Shown piece by piece: positions 45,529 through 55,680 of a stretch of DNA of 64,000 nt. Below the pieces are notes generated by a model. The model searched no databases. It had not been told where the DNA came from and saw only the letters and a program-made list of their open reading frames with translations. The translations under genes were made by a program, and so were the position numbers. Position 1 is the first letter of the stretch, and the number at the start of each line of letters is the position of its first letter. Source of the DNA: Chloroflexota bacterium (GTDB lineage Bacteria > Chloroflexota > Dehalococcoidia > CAUJGQ01); NCBI GenBank assembly GCA_963170165.1, contig CAUJGQ010000096.1:2243-66242 (forward strand). Direction: 5' to 3'.

Positions 45529-48500
45529 TCAGTCTACTGTCTCCAGCAGCGCCACCGGGAAGGTGGCCAGCACCTGTCCGGCTGCCAGCGCCACCCGCCC
45601 GCCTGCGCTGACCGGCTCGATCTCGGCTCCGGTCAACCGATCCCGGAACCGCGTCCCCGGAACCCCCGCAGGCAAGAGCAGTATCGTCTCGCCCCAGACA
45701 GCTTCGCCCACCGGCAACCCATCCGGCTCGCGCGCCAGCCGGGCGCAGATCCGCGGCGCGACGGCGATGGCGGCGTCATTCCCCAGCACGCGGGCGAAGG
45801 CGCACAGGTGGTCGCGGCGGATGCCCTCCGCCTCCAGCGGGCGGTAGGCGCCTTCCAGGAACAGCGCCGGCCGCTCCTGGCGTAGGGTCAGGGTGCGATG
45901 GGTGAGATAGAGCTTCACCCAGCCATCCGGCCAGGCCGCCAGCAGCCCGGCCGCCCGCGCTGCCCGCTCGGCCTCGGCGGGAACTGCCAGCGCGGCCAGC
46001 GCCTCAGCGCGGGCGGCGAAATCCACCGGGCGGCGATTGTCCGGGTCCACCAGCGATAGGTTCCACAGCTCGCTGCCCTGGTAGATATCCGGCACACCGG
46101 GGGCCGTCAGCCGCAACAGCGTCTGCGCCAGCGAGTTAACCATTCCGGCACGGGCGATACGCCGCTGAAAGGGCAGGAAGTCACGCACAAAGGGATTCGC
46201 CTCACCGCCCTGAAGGATCGCGGCAACGAACGTCTGCACCGCGGCATCGTACGGGCTAATGGGGTTGATCCAGCTAGTGTTGACCTTCGCCTCCTTGACG
46301 GCCTTGAGCAGATATGCCTGCACCCGCTCGATGAACGCCGGCAGTTCCTCAGCGGACAGCCCCTCGGCCGGCCAGGCGCCGATCAAGGTCTGGTACAGCA
46401 GGTACTCCTCGTTGGCGTCCGGCGCGCGGCCGCCATCGGTCTCCGGCTTGTGGCGGCGGTTGAGCCTCCGCCAGCGGGTAACGGCCGAGCGCCACTCACG
46501 CGGCAACTCCGACAGCACATTGATGCGGGCGCGGGCATCCTCACCGCGCTTGGTGTCGTGCGTCGAGCTTGCCGTCATGGCATACGGCCAGCGCGCCTGC
46601 CGCTCGGCATTGGCGCGATGGAACGCCGGCGCCGAGACGCCGAACTGATCGGGATCGCCGCCGACCTCGTTCAGCGACACCAGCCGGTGATAGCGGTAGA
46701 AGGCGGTGTCCTCCACCCCCTTGGCCATCACCGGCCCGGTGTACTGCTGGAATTTCATCACGAATTCCAGGCGCGCCCGGCGGTCCTCCTCGGTCTCGTC
46801 TTCGGCAGCGATCAGCAGCAGCGTGTCGCGCACGTAGTCGAACACTGATGCATCCATCGCCGGGTTGCGTCTGCTGGCCCGCGCAACCGCAGTGTCGATG
46901 CGGCCGCGATCGTGCGAGTTGACGATCCCATCGCTGCCGATATAGGTGCGGTAGACGGGAAAGGCCGCTACCACCTCCCGCAGGGCATCGGTGAGGTTGT
47001 TCACAGTGAAGTCACGCGTACGCCGGTTACGTCCTGCCAGCCGGGCAAGCTGCTCGCCCAGCACGTTCAGCTCGCTGGCCATCGAGGTATCCATGATCAG
47101 GCGCTTGGCGTGGTAGGCGATATCCCGAAAGCTCTCGCGCTTGCCGGTAAACCGGCCGTAGATGTCATCAAACGCCCGGCGGCTGCCGCTATCGATGAAC
47201 AAGCCGTTGACCAGGACCGCCATGTCGTAACCGGTGGTGCCGCTCACCGCCCAGGTGTCTGGCAGCTGCTCCCCTGGCTCGAGGATCTTCTCCGCCACCA
47301 CCCACAGTGGCCGCGCGGGCGGTGGCGTGTCGCCGGCGCCCTGGCGCAGCCGCTCTGCGAGTCTCTCCACCAGCTGTGCCTGCGTCTCCTCGCGCTGCTC
47401 CAACGGCACGCTCGCGCCGAACCGTGCCAGCAAGTAGGCCGCCTGCAGGCGTAGGGTGTACTCCGCCGGATCCCACAGGCCGTCGATGTGGTCAATCCGC
47501 AGGCCGGTCAGCGCACCCGAAGCCAGCAGGTCCAGCACCAGCCGGTGACTGTCAGCAAAGACGGCGGGTTGCTCCGCCCGGATTGCGGCCAGCTCGTTTA
47601 TCTCGAAGAACCGCCGGTAGTTGATCTCTTCAGCCGCCACCCGCCAGAAGCTCAGCCGGTAGGCCTGCGCCTCGATCAGCGCGTCCATCAGGTCGAAGGA
47701 ACGCGTCTCACCCGGACGGCCAGCATAGGCGGTCAGCGTCCCGGCAATCGCGCGCTGTACCGCCGGTGTATCTGCGTAGAGGGTGCCAAGGCGGCGCTTG
47801 ATGATGTCCTTCTCGCGGTTGCGCTCCTCCAGCCGTTCCGGCGCCGTCTCGTCACGCGCGGGGAGATTCGTTGCGGCGGTGATGATGCTCTGCAGTTCCA
47901 GTACCGCCGGGTGTTCGGCACCCAGTTCTGCCAGGACGCCCTCCAGGCCAAAACGCAGCAGTCCGGCATAGGAGCGCGGATCTACGGGCAGCCGGTGATC
48001 CCAGTAGGAGATGAAAAACGCGCCGCCCTCGAAGCTGAGGAGCAGTTCGCCCCGCTCCAGCACCTTGCCATAATGGTCACCCAGCAGCGGCAGCAGCACC
48101 TTGCCGCTGTACTCGCGGCGGAGGGGGCGCCAGGAGATGTCAAATGCCTCGGCGCGGCGGGCGGCGGGCCCGTTCTCCAGCACATCCATCCACCAAGGAT
48201 TGGTGGAGCCGATGCCCATGTGGTTGGGCACGATGTCCAGCACCTGGCCCAGCCCGCAGCGGCGCAACGCCGCCACCATCCGGCGGTAGGCGCGTTCGCT
48301 GCCGGCGGTCGGGTTGAGACGGGAGTGGTCGGTGACATCGTATCCGTGCGCGCTATCCGGACGCGCCATCAGGTATGGCGACGCGTAAAGATCGGAGACG
48401 CCCAGCGCCTGGAGATATGGCGCCAGCAACGCCGCGTCACCAAAACCGAAGCCGGCGTTGAACTGGACGCGGTAGGTGGCAAGAGGGATACGCAGGCGGG

Positions 48501-48663
48501 CGTCGCCGGTGGCAAGCAGGCGCCGCGCGGGCGCCCGCTCCGGGACGGCCGCCGTGCGGGCGGCGTCGGGCGCGCCGGCAACCGGTACTGACACAGGGGC
48601 CTCCCAGCGCCGGACGGGACGGCGGGTCATCCTACCGTAGCGGGCAAGCGGGCATGGCCGCAT
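45529..48663 (-). CDS. treY: malto-oligosyltrehalose synthase
   Basis: IPLATYRVQFNAGFGFGD...YLQALGVSDLYASPYLMARPDSAHGYDVTDH TreY N-terminal signature. The start may be internal (for example MTRRP at 48630). 34-nt gap to malQ suggests an operon. Confidence 0.75.
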   Translation of the reverse strand: MRPCPLARYGRMTRRPVRRWEAPVSVPVAGAPDAARTAAVPERAPARRLLATGDARLRIPLATYRVQFNAGFGFGDAALLAPYLQALGVSDLYASPYLMARPDSAHGYDVTDHSRLNPTAGSERAYRRMVAALRRCGLGQVLDIVPNHMGIGSTNPWWMDVLENGPAARRAEAFDISWRPLRREYSGKVLLPLLGDHYGKVLERGELLLSFEGGAFFISYWDHRLPVDPRSYAGLLRFGLEGVLAELGAEHPAVLELQSIITAATNLPARDETAPERLEERNREKDIIKRRLGTLYADTPAVQRAIAGTLTAYAGRPGETRSFDLMDALIEAQAYRLSFWRVAAEEINYRRFFEINELAAIRAEQPAVFADSHRLVLDLLASGALTGLRIDHIDGLWDPAEYTLRLQAAYLLARFGASVPLEQREETQAQLVERLAERLRQGAGDTPPPARPLWVVAEKILEPGEQLPDTWAVSGTTGYDMAVLVNGLFIDSGSRRAFDDIYGRFTGKRESFRDIAYHAKRLIMDTSMASELNVLGEQLARLAGRNRRTRDFTVNNLTDALREVVAAFPVYRTYIGSDGIVNSHDRGRIDTAVARASRRNPAMDASVFDYVRDTLLLIAAEDETEEDRRARLEFVMKFQQYTGPVMAKGVEDTAFYRYHRLVSLNEVGGDPDQFGVSAPAFHRANAERQARWPYAMTASSTHDTKRGEDARARINVLSELPREWRSAVTRWRRLNRRHKPETDGGRAPDANEEYLLYQTLIGAWPAEGLSAEELPAFIERVQAYLLKAVKEAKVNTSWINPISPYDAAVQTFVAAILQGGEANPFVRDFLPFQRRIARAGMVNSLAQTLLRLTAPGVPDIYQGSELWNLSLVDPDNRRPVDFAARAEALAALAVPAEAERAARAAGLLAAWPDGWVKLYLTHRTLTLRQERPALFLEGAYRPLEAEGIRRDHLCAFARVLGNDAAIAVAPRICARLAREPDGLPVGEAVWGETILLLPAGVPGTRFRDRLTGAEIEPVSAGGRVALAAGQVLATFPVALLETVD

Positions 48664-48764
48664 CCTCCGGCCGGGTGAGCCCGCTTCGCTCTCACACCTG
48701 CTCGCCCGCTGCGTTACCCTGTCCCCAGCGGAACGGACAGCCCATGCAGGGGAAGGAGCCGCGC

Positions 48765-49403
48765 ATGACGGCCGCAGCCGGTTATGCCACCCAAATTCCA
48801 GAGGAGCGCTGGCAGGCAGCCAAGACCTACGAGCAGTACATCGCTTCCATCACCGTCAACCAGGCAAAGTTCGCAGACAACCTGGCCAAGACGTCGGTGC
48901 CGGATGAGCTGGCAGAGCGGCTGCGGGCGCGTTCTGCCCAGGCCGGCGGGCCGCGGCGGCTGCTCGTCATCGGTGAGGACTGGTGCCCGGATGTCTATCG
49001 CGGCCTGCCCGTGGCCGCGCGTATCGCCGCCGCGGCCGGTTGGGAACTACGCGTGCTGGAACGCGACCAGCACATGGACGTGATGGACGTGTTCAAGAAC
49101 GGTGAATTCCTGTCCATCCCGGTGTACGTTTTTCTGACTGAGGACAACCGGCCGCTGGCCACGTGGATCGAGCGGCCCAAGCTGGCCAATGACCAGATGC
49201 GCGAGGCGCTCGGCCCGGTCTTCGGCCCCTCCGGTCAGCGCCAGCTGATGGAGAAGCTCGGCCGCGAGCCCACGGAGGAGGAGAAGGCCGCCGCCCGCGC
49301 CGAAGCTCAGGCGCGCTACGACGCATTTCAGGCCACCAGCCCCTATTGGGCAGGCTGGCGCGACGCCACCATTCGCGAGGTCGTTGAGTTGTTGGGAGCG
49401 TAA
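48765..49403 (+). CDS. thioredoxin-like fold protein
   Basis: EDWCPDV motif (WCxxC-like). 212 aa. GAAGGAG RBS before ATG 48765. Confidence 0.5.
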   Translation: MTAAAGYATQIPEERWQAAKTYEQYIASITVNQAKFADNLAKTSVPDELAERLRARSAQAGGPRRLLVIGEDWCPDVYRGLPVAARIAAAAGWELRVLERDQHMDVMDVFKNGEFLSIPVYVFLTEDNRPLATWIERPKLANDQMREALGPVFGPSGQRQLMEKLGREPTEEEKAAARAEAQARYDAFQATSPYWAGWRDATIREVVELLGA

Positions 49404-49449
49404 GCGGCGCCGGCCTGCCTGCAGGCTGCCCCCGTGAGAGGAGCGAGTG

Positions 49450-50487
49450 ATGAAGGTCGAAGCTGGTATTCCGACGAACAACCTCAAGGCGATCCCCGAG
49501 GTGATCCAGAAGCTGGAGCGGGCCGGCTACGACGGCGTGAGCACCCCGGAGATCAAGAACGATCCGTTCCTGCCAATCGCGGTAGCGGCGGTTCATAGCG
49601 AGCGTATCGGCCTGGCCACCTCTGCGGCCATCGCCTTTCCCCGTAGCCCGATGATCACAGCGATGATGGCGTGGGACCTGCAGCGCGCCTCGAACGGCCG
49701 CTTCATGCTCGGGCTGGCAACCCAGGTTAAAGGCCACAATCAGCGCCGGTTCTCCACGCCGTGGGTCGCCCCAGCCCAGCCGCGGATGCGGGACTATGTC
49801 GGCGCCGTGCGGGCGATCTGGGCAGCATGGCAGGACGGCGCCCCGCTCCAATACACCGGGAAGTTCTACACCCACACGCTGATGACGCCGGAGTTCAACC
49901 CCGGCCCGGTGCCCGGCGGCGCGCCCAAGATCACCATCACCGCCGTGGGGCCGTACATGGCCCGCCTGGCTGGTGAGGTGGCGGATGGCGTGCGCATGCA
50001 CGGCTTCTGCACGGCAAAGTACATCCAGGATGTGATCCTGCCGGAACTGCGTATCGGCGCCGAGCGGGCCGGGCGCGACCCCAGCACGCTGGAGGTCTCC
50101 GGCGGTGGCTTCGTCGTCACCGGTGCGACAGCGGCCGAGGTGGAGCAGGCGCGCGAGGCGGCGCGCACCCGCGTCTCGTTCTATGGCTCCACCCGTACCT
50201 ATCACGGCGTGTTCGAGGCGCACGGCTGGACGGAGATCGGCCCGCGCCTGCACGAGATGTCACTCAAGGGCCAGTGGGACAAGATGCCCGCCGTGGTGCC
50301 GGATGATGTACTCGACGCCTTCGTCATTGCCGGGACGTACGACGAAATCGCCGCCCGTATCCGCGAGCGCTTCTCCGGCATCTGCACCCGTGTCGGCCTG
50401 TCCTTGCCGCTGCGCACGCCCGAGGACGAGGAACGCGCCACTGCCCTGATCCGCGACCTCCACGCCGACCCAGTGGCGGCAGACTAG
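49450..50487 (+). CDS. LLM class F420-dependent oxidoreductase
   Basis: Luciferase-like TIM-barrel motifs (GYDGVSTPE, FMLGLATQV). GAGAGGAG RBS. Confidence 0.8.
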   Translation: MKVEAGIPTNNLKAIPEVIQKLERAGYDGVSTPEIKNDPFLPIAVAAVHSERIGLATSAAIAFPRSPMITAMMAWDLQRASNGRFMLGLATQVKGHNQRRFSTPWVAPAQPRMRDYVGAVRAIWAAWQDGAPLQYTGKFYTHTLMTPEFNPGPVPGGAPKITITAVGPYMARLAGEVADGVRMHGFCTAKYIQDVILPELRIGAERAGRDPSTLEVSGGGFVVTGATAAEVEQAREAARTRVSFYGSTRTYHGVFEAHGWTEIGPRLHEMSLKGQWDKMPAVVPDDVLDAFVIAGTYDEIAARIRERFSGICTRVGLSLPLRTPEDEERATALIRDLHADPVAAD

Positions 50488-50501
50488 CCGAGGAGTCCCC
50501 C

Positions 50502-51302
50502 GTGACCTACGAGATGATCCTGATTGAAGACCGCGACCGGGTGCGGACCATCACGCTCAACCGGCCGGAGAAGCTCAACGCGCTGGTGGACCAGCTCGCC
50601 AACGAGATGATCGCCGCCATCGAGGAGGCCGACCGCGATGAAGGCGTCAACGTGATTGTGATCACCGGCGCCGGCCGCGGTTTCTGCGCCGGGCTGGACC
50701 TCAGCGCCCGCCTGTCACGGCCGGAACCCCGGCGCGAACCGAGCCGGTGGGAGCGGCTAGATGACACCGGCTGAGTAGGCCGCCAAGCGCTGGTGATCAC
50801 CGGCGCGTCGAAGCCGGTAATCGCGGCCATCAACGGCCCCGCCGTAGGTGCAGGGCTGTCCATCGCCCTGGCGGCAGACATCCGCCTGATCGCGGCCTCA
50901 GCCCGGCTCACCACCGGCTACGCCCGGCGCGGTCTTTCGCCGGATGGCGGCATGAGCTACTTCCTCCCACGGATCGTGGGCGCCACCCGCGCGGCTGACC
51001 TGATCCTCACCGGCCGGGATATCACCGCCGAGGAGGTCGTGCAGTTCGGCATCGCCGTCGCGGCCTTCGATGACGCTACCTTTCGGGAGGAAGCCCAGGC
51101 ATATGCCGCCCGGCTGGCGGCCAACGCCCCCACCGGCATGACCTACAGCAAGCGATTGCTGGCCGCCTCCCCGGAACACAGCCTAGAAACACAGCTCAAG
51201 CTGGAACTGACGCTGATCCGCCGCGCCTTCGAGACTGAGGACGTCATGGAAGCGCTCCGCGCCTTCCAGGAGAAGCGTCAGCCGGTGTTTGAGGGGAGGT
51301 AG
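50502..51302 (+). pseudogene. enoyl-CoA hydratase/isomerase interrupted by an in-frame TGA (50772..50774)
   Basis: Both halves are in the same frame and together form a complete crotonase: GAGRGFCAGLDL ... TGA ... KPVIAAINGPAVGAGLSIALAADIRL. The stop sits where crotonases often have a Trp. Confidence 0.5.
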
Positions 51303-51382
51303 ACAGAGGCTGGTTGGAGACAGGGGTGCGCGGGCCACTGTTGCGCCGGCTGCCTTCCTGCTGTGACCGAAGGGAGCACTGC

Positions 51383-51928
51383 ATGAGCCGGTTGCCGCCG
51401 CCGCGACGAGAGGATTTGCCCGAGGAAGGACAGCGGGTGTGGGACCAGATCTCCGGGCCGCGTGGCGGGATGGGCGCCATCGGGCCATACGGCATCCTGG
51501 TCCGGCATCCGGCGCTGGCGGAGCGGGTCGAGGCGCTGGGCCGGTTGCTGCGCTTCGGCGGCACGCTGCCGGGGGCCGACCGCGAACTGGCGATCCTCAC
51601 TGCCGGTCGAGAACTGGGCGCCCGCTTTGAGTGGTATGCGCACGAGCCCATCGCCCGGCGGGAAGGCACGCGCCCCGAAGCTATCGCCGCCGTGCGCGAC
51701 CGGACGCCGCTCGATGCGCTCGCCCCGCGCGAGCAGATCGTCATCGCCTGCGTGCGCGCGCTGTACCGGGACCGCGCGTTACCCGATGGGCTGTATGCAC
51801 AGGCGGTGGCCGCGCTGGGCGAGACCGGCGTGATCGAACTGGTGACGCTGGCCGGCTACTACGGCCTGATTGGCTTCGTGCTGCTCGGATTCGGCGTGGA
51901 GCCGCCGGAGGGCAGCGCGACGTTCTAA
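51383..51928 (+). CDS. carboxymuconolactone decarboxylase family protein (AhpD-like fold)
   Basis: 181 aa with CMD-like helical repeats (ELAILTAGRELGARFEWYAHEPIARREG). Confidence 0.6.
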   Translation: MSRLPPPRREDLPEEGQRVWDQISGPRGGMGAIGPYGILVRHPALAERVEALGRLLRFGGTLPGADRELAILTAGRELGARFEWYAHEPIARREGTRPEAIAAVRDRTPLDALAPREQIVIACVRALYRDRALPDGLYAQAVAALGETGVIELVTLAGYYGLIGFVLLGFGVEPPEGSATF

Positions 51929-52014
51929 CGCTGCCGACATTCTGGGACGCAACACAGGCCCGCCCCGCACCCGAGTGCGCAGAGCGAGCCCATGCCGTCG
52001 CCGTCGCAACACGG

Positions 52015-52266
52015 TTACTCGCTGATGGTGTCGCCGCGCTCGGCGTCTTCGCCGACCTTGAGCACGGTGCCGGCGGGTAGCCCGGCCCCTTCCTGGTAGC
52101 CAGCCCAGTCCGGGTTGTCGTCGATAATGCGCTGTCGCTGGACGGCGTCCCCATAGAAGAACGCCGCAATCACCTCCAGCGTGTCGCCGGGCTTGCTGAT
52201 GTATTCACGCTCTGTGCCGGTTCCGCGGGCGGTCCCCCACAGTTCCTGGTCCTGCACGTACGCCAT
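52015..52266 (-). CDS. LysM domain protein
   Basis: YISKPGDTLEVIAAFFYGD...IIDDNP...LPAGTVLKV matches the LysM consensus. Confidence 0.7.
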   Translation of the reverse strand: MAYVQDQELWGTARGTGTEREYISKPGDTLEVIAAFFYGDAVQRQRIIDDNPDWAGYQEGAGLPAGTVLKVGEDAERGDTISE

Positions 52267-52289
52267 GGTTCGTGCCCTTTCTGGACGTG

Positions 52290-52499
52290 CTACTTGCCTG
52301 CCAGCGCGGCGATCGCCACTGCCGCCACGATGAACTTGTTGCGCCCCAGATCACCGATGGTCTTGACGCGGAACGCCTGCATCAATGCAGCGGCATCGGC
52401 GGCGGAGACGCCGGAGAGGGCATCAACCGGGGCGTTTGCCAGCTCCGCAAAGTCCATCCCCTCGTACGCCTTGTCGAGCAACTTGGACAGGTCTGCCAT
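52290..52499 (-). CDS. hypothetical small protein (69 aa) with hydrophobic C-terminus
   Basis: Strong AAGGAGAA RBS 9 nt before ATG 52499. Co-oriented with the LysM gene. Confidence 0.45.
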   Translation of the reverse strand: MADLSKLLDKAYEGMDFAELANAPVDALSGVSAADAAALMQAFRVKTIGDLGRNKFIVAAVAIAALAGK

Positions 52500-52737
52500 G
52501 GTGCGGGTTCTCCTTGTTGTATGTCCTGAGCCAAAGCATACCGCAGCCATGCGCACCTGGACTACCGTACCCGGCAATCAACCATCCGTCTGGCAGCTAT
52601 ACCTCACACCTGGCGCCGCCCTGGCCGCCGGCGCCTGTGGGGACAGCACGAAGCGGTATAGGCAGCCACGCGGGCGGCCACGTACGCTGGGAGCGAGCCC
52701 CGTAACGGTGAGGTCTTTTTGCCGAAAGGATTGAGTA

Positions 52738-54462
52738 ATGGAAGATTCATCTTCACCCCTACACCGGGATCAGACACCGGTGCTTGTGTTGCTTGATTGG
52801 AGCGCCGGCTCGGCGGGCGAAGGCGGCCTCAGCCCGGCGGCATTGCTGGCCGTGGCGCGCCGCTACGGAGCGCTGGCGCAGGTGCGGGTCTACGCCGGCC
52901 GGCCAGATAGCGTGCCGGCCGGCGCCGTCGCGCAGCTCCACGCCGCTGGGATGGCAGTGATGCTCACGCCCTCGCCGGCCGTTCAGATGGCGGTAGACGC
53001 GCTGCAATGTGCCCGGCCCGATAGCGTTGTGGTGCTCGTGGCGTCCTGGCTGAGCGTTGTCCCCTTGGTCCCCGCCCTTGCTGGGCGCGGCGTTACCGTC
53101 ATCCTTGCCTCGCCGGACACGCTGCCAGAGGGCGGCCTGCTCCCGGCCGGCTTACATGCCGTGGTGCCCTGGCGGGAGATTATTGAGAGCGTGCCGGAGG
53201 TTCGTGCACCGGCAACGTCGACACCACCCGCCATCAACGGGGCAGCTCCTGCACCCACTTGGCCGGCGTTCGGTTGGCAACCACCCAGTGACAGTAGCCA
53301 TACCCGCACTCTGGAGCGCCACATCCGCGACTTACAGCAGGTGCTGGAGCAGGCGGGCGAGCCGCCATCCGGCGCTCTCGATGACGCCGCCTGTCGTATC
53401 GAGGCAGGGGTGCTGCGCGATCTGACCGAAGACATCGATGGCCGGTGGGGCGAGCTGCCCGCCGATCAGCAGCGGGCGCTGCTGGGAATGTGTGCAGCGC
53501 GCATCAAGCATCTACAAGGTCAGAACGTCGTCGCCGCTGATGACGATCTTTCCTCCCGGCTGACCCGCACCTTTGGCATCCTCACCCGCTTCTCCAAGGA
53601 GTACATGCCGGGGGCGGTCCACGGGCTAGCGCGCGTGCACCAGCCCCGTCACGACTCCTGGGCCAGCGACGCGCATGAGTACTACTCCTCCCTGTGCAAG
53701 CAGGCCGGGATGGTGACCGACCCCGACGCCGTGCGAGCGCGGCTGCTGGCGGAGCTGGCAGAGGCCGTAGCGATGTGGAGCGCAGCACTGCCAGAGGAAC
53801 GGACGGTGCCCTCCGCCGAGGTCGCCGAACGGGTGCGTGCCTGCTTTCGGTCTGGTATGGGCCGCACCGACGCCGAGATCGTCCGCATTGTCGCCCCGGC
53901 CGCCCGCGAATTGCGCGCGACGGACTTCAAGTCGCTGCGCGAAGCGGTCAAACAACTGGAGCGGGCGCCGGCTCCGCAGGCTCCGGAGGCGGACGGAGCT
54001 ATGCCGGTGTGCTCGCATCCCGACTGTGTCCGGCTGGCGGGCGCGCGCTCGACGCCCGGGACTGCGATGGTGGAGGTCGAACCGGGCGAGTGCGAGGTGT
54101 GCGAGAACTCCAACGACCGGCGGGCGATGCTGCTGATGGCCGATACGCTCCATCGCAACAACCTGGAACGGCTACTAGTCGTCGGCGGCTCACCGGCGAA
54201 ACGCACCCTACTTGAGCAGACACTCGGTGACGAGGGGCTGCAACTGCGTTGTGTGGACGGGACCGGCCACTCCAACACGCGTGAGGCCGTGAACAATCTC
54301 AACTGGTGTCAGGTGGCGGTGATTTGGGGTGGCACCGAACTGGACCACAAGACCTCGGATCTGTACACCGACAACCTTCCTCCACACGTGCTGGCCGTGA
54401 CGCTGGCGCGGCGCGGTATCGAGGCGCTGTGCCGCGAAGTGATTGCCCGCGCGGAGGGGTGA
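52738..54462 (+). CDS. hypothetical multidomain protein: N-terminal NYN/LabA-like alpha/beta module, CxxC...CxxC zinc ribbon, C-terminal DUF2325-like domain
   Basis: N-terminus VLVLLDWSAG...AVQMAVDAL...VVVLVAS resembles the NYN fold but lacks the SGDGDF acidic cluster. CSHPDCVR...CEVCENS ribbon. LLVVGGSPAKRTLLEQTLGDEGLQLRCVDGTGHS...VAVIWGGTELDHKTSD resembles DUF2325. Confidence 0.45.
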   Translation: MEDSSSPLHRDQTPVLVLLDWSAGSAGEGGLSPAALLAVARRYGALAQVRVYAGRPDSVPAGAVAQLHAAGMAVMLTPSPAVQMAVDALQCARPDSVVVLVASWLSVVPLVPALAGRGVTVILASPDTLPEGGLLPAGLHAVVPWREIIESVPEVRAPATSTPPAINGAAPAPTWPAFGWQPPSDSSHTRTLERHIRDLQQVLEQAGEPPSGALDDAACRIEAGVLRDLTEDIDGRWGELPADQQRALLGMCAARIKHLQGQNVVAADDDLSSRLTRTFGILTRFSKEYMPGAVHGLARVHQPRHDSWASDAHEYYSSLCKQAGMVTDPDAVRARLLAELAEAVAMWSAALPEERTVPSAEVAERVRACFRSGMGRTDAEIVRIVAPAARELRATDFKSLREAVKQLERAPAPQAPEADGAMPVCSHPDCVRLAGARSTPGTAMVEVEPGECEVCENSNDRRAMLLMADTLHRNNLERLLVVGGSPAKRTLLEQTLGDEGLQLRCVDGTGHSNTREAVNNLNWCQVAVIWGGTELDHKTSDLYTDNLPPHVLAVTLARRGIEALCREVIARAEG

Positions 54463-54510
54463 CGGCCGGCCGGCGGGCTCCCGTGGCCACGCCGGCCGGC
54501 TGCACGGCGA

Positions 54511-55602
54511 TCAGTCCAGCAGCCGCACGCAGTCCCAATCGCTGATGGCGGTGGCGCTACGCTCCATCATTGCCCGCGCCAGTGCGTGGCCACGCTCGTT
54601 CGCCAGATCACCCAGACCGCCACCCATGACCGGGTAGGCGAAGCAGAACAGCAGCGTCCAGCGGTAGTCCTCCATCAGTTGCTCCATCGAGTAATCCGTC
54701 ACACCTCCGGCGCGCAACTGCTCGTGGTACCGCCGCAACAAGTCACGCTCGTGCGTCGCGCGCATCGCCGGGTCCATGCTCTGGCTGAGGAAGTACCCGA
54801 TATCGTAGGTTCCCACGCCGCGGATGGCGATCTGCCAATCCACCAGTGCCACCGGCGGCTGAGACGGCGCAACCGCGAAGAAGAAGTTGTCCATGCGCGA
54901 ATCGCCATGACAGACGGTGCGCGGACCGCTGGCGAAGCGGGTGAGGATGTCGTAGAAGCGGCTACCCAGCCGCTCGCCCATTGACACCATGACGGCGGGA
55001 AGGGCATGGCCGAAGCGTTCAATGAACGGACCCCAGGCCAGCGGATAGAGCGCCAGCCCGGCCATGTTGGTCTCGGAGTTGGAGACCGGCATCCATGCCA
55101 GCGATTCCAGTGCCGGCCGGTTCCACCAGGAGGAGTGCAGCGTCGCCAGCGTGTCAATCACGATGCGCGCGTCTTCCAGGGAGCAGCCGGCAAGTTGATC
55201 ACCGATGCGGCGCTCGCCCAGGTCCTCCATCAGAATCACGAAGTCATCAGGCTCAGGGTCATAGGCGCCGTAATACAGCGCCGGTACCCCGACGTTCAGC
55301 CGCTCCGACACTTCCTGATAGCAGCGCACCTCGCGCTCATAGAACCGGAACAGCCGCACCATGCCGCGCGTCTGCGCCACATCGGTCGGAAACTTGGCAA
55401 TCAGCGTGCGGGGCGCCTCCGCGACAGGCTGGTCATACTCCAGCGTCAGCCGCGCCAGGTGGCAGAGAATCCCGGCTCCCGCTCCTACGGGCTCCGCCTG
55501 GACCGCGCGCACCCGCGCCCCTCCAACGCGCTCGCCGAGAGCAGCGGTCAGCCACTCCGGTGTGAACGCATCCAGTGTCAACGGAATCGAAGCCGCAACC
55601 AT
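54511..55602 (-). CDS. phosphotransferase enzyme family protein (APH-like, third copy)
   Basis: CHGDSRMDNFFF Brenner motif and DWQIAIRGVGTYD. Confidence 0.8.
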   Translation of the reverse strand: MVAASIPLTLDAFTPEWLTAALGERVGGARVRAVQAEPVGAGAGILCHLARLTLEYDQPVAEAPRTLIAKFPTDVAQTRGMVRLFRFYEREVRCYQEVSERLNVGVPALYYGAYDPEPDDFVILMEDLGERRIGDQLAGCSLEDARIVIDTLATLHSSWWNRPALESLAWMPVSNSETNMAGLALYPLAWGPFIERFGHALPAVMVSMGERLGSRFYDILTRFASGPRTVCHGDSRMDNFFFAVAPSQPPVALVDWQIAIRGVGTYDIGYFLSQSMDPAMRATHERDLLRRYHEQLRAGGVTDYSMEQLMEDYRWTLLFCFAYPVMGGGLGDLANERGHALARAMMERSATAISDWDCVRLLD

Positions 55603-55680
55603 TCCCCACGTTCCTCCCCCGGCACTCCGGCTTGGGCCGGCGCCGTGCCCAGCAGTATACGGACGCCGGAGGTGTGGTGA

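Noticed and set aside
44563-45885. 440-aa plus-strand ORF
   Set aside because: Antisense to malQ and treY.
47488-48591. 367-aa plus-strand ORF
   Set aside because: Antisense to treY.
49093-50253. 386-aa minus-strand ORF
   Set aside because: Antisense to the thioredoxin-like and LLM genes.
50772-50774. TGA as selenocysteine or programmed recoding in the crotonase gene
   Set aside because: Crotonases are not selenoproteins, and no SECIS-like stem-loop is apparent immediately downstream. A nonsense mutation or sequencing error is more parsimonious. It is kept as a pseudogene call and not discarded entirely.
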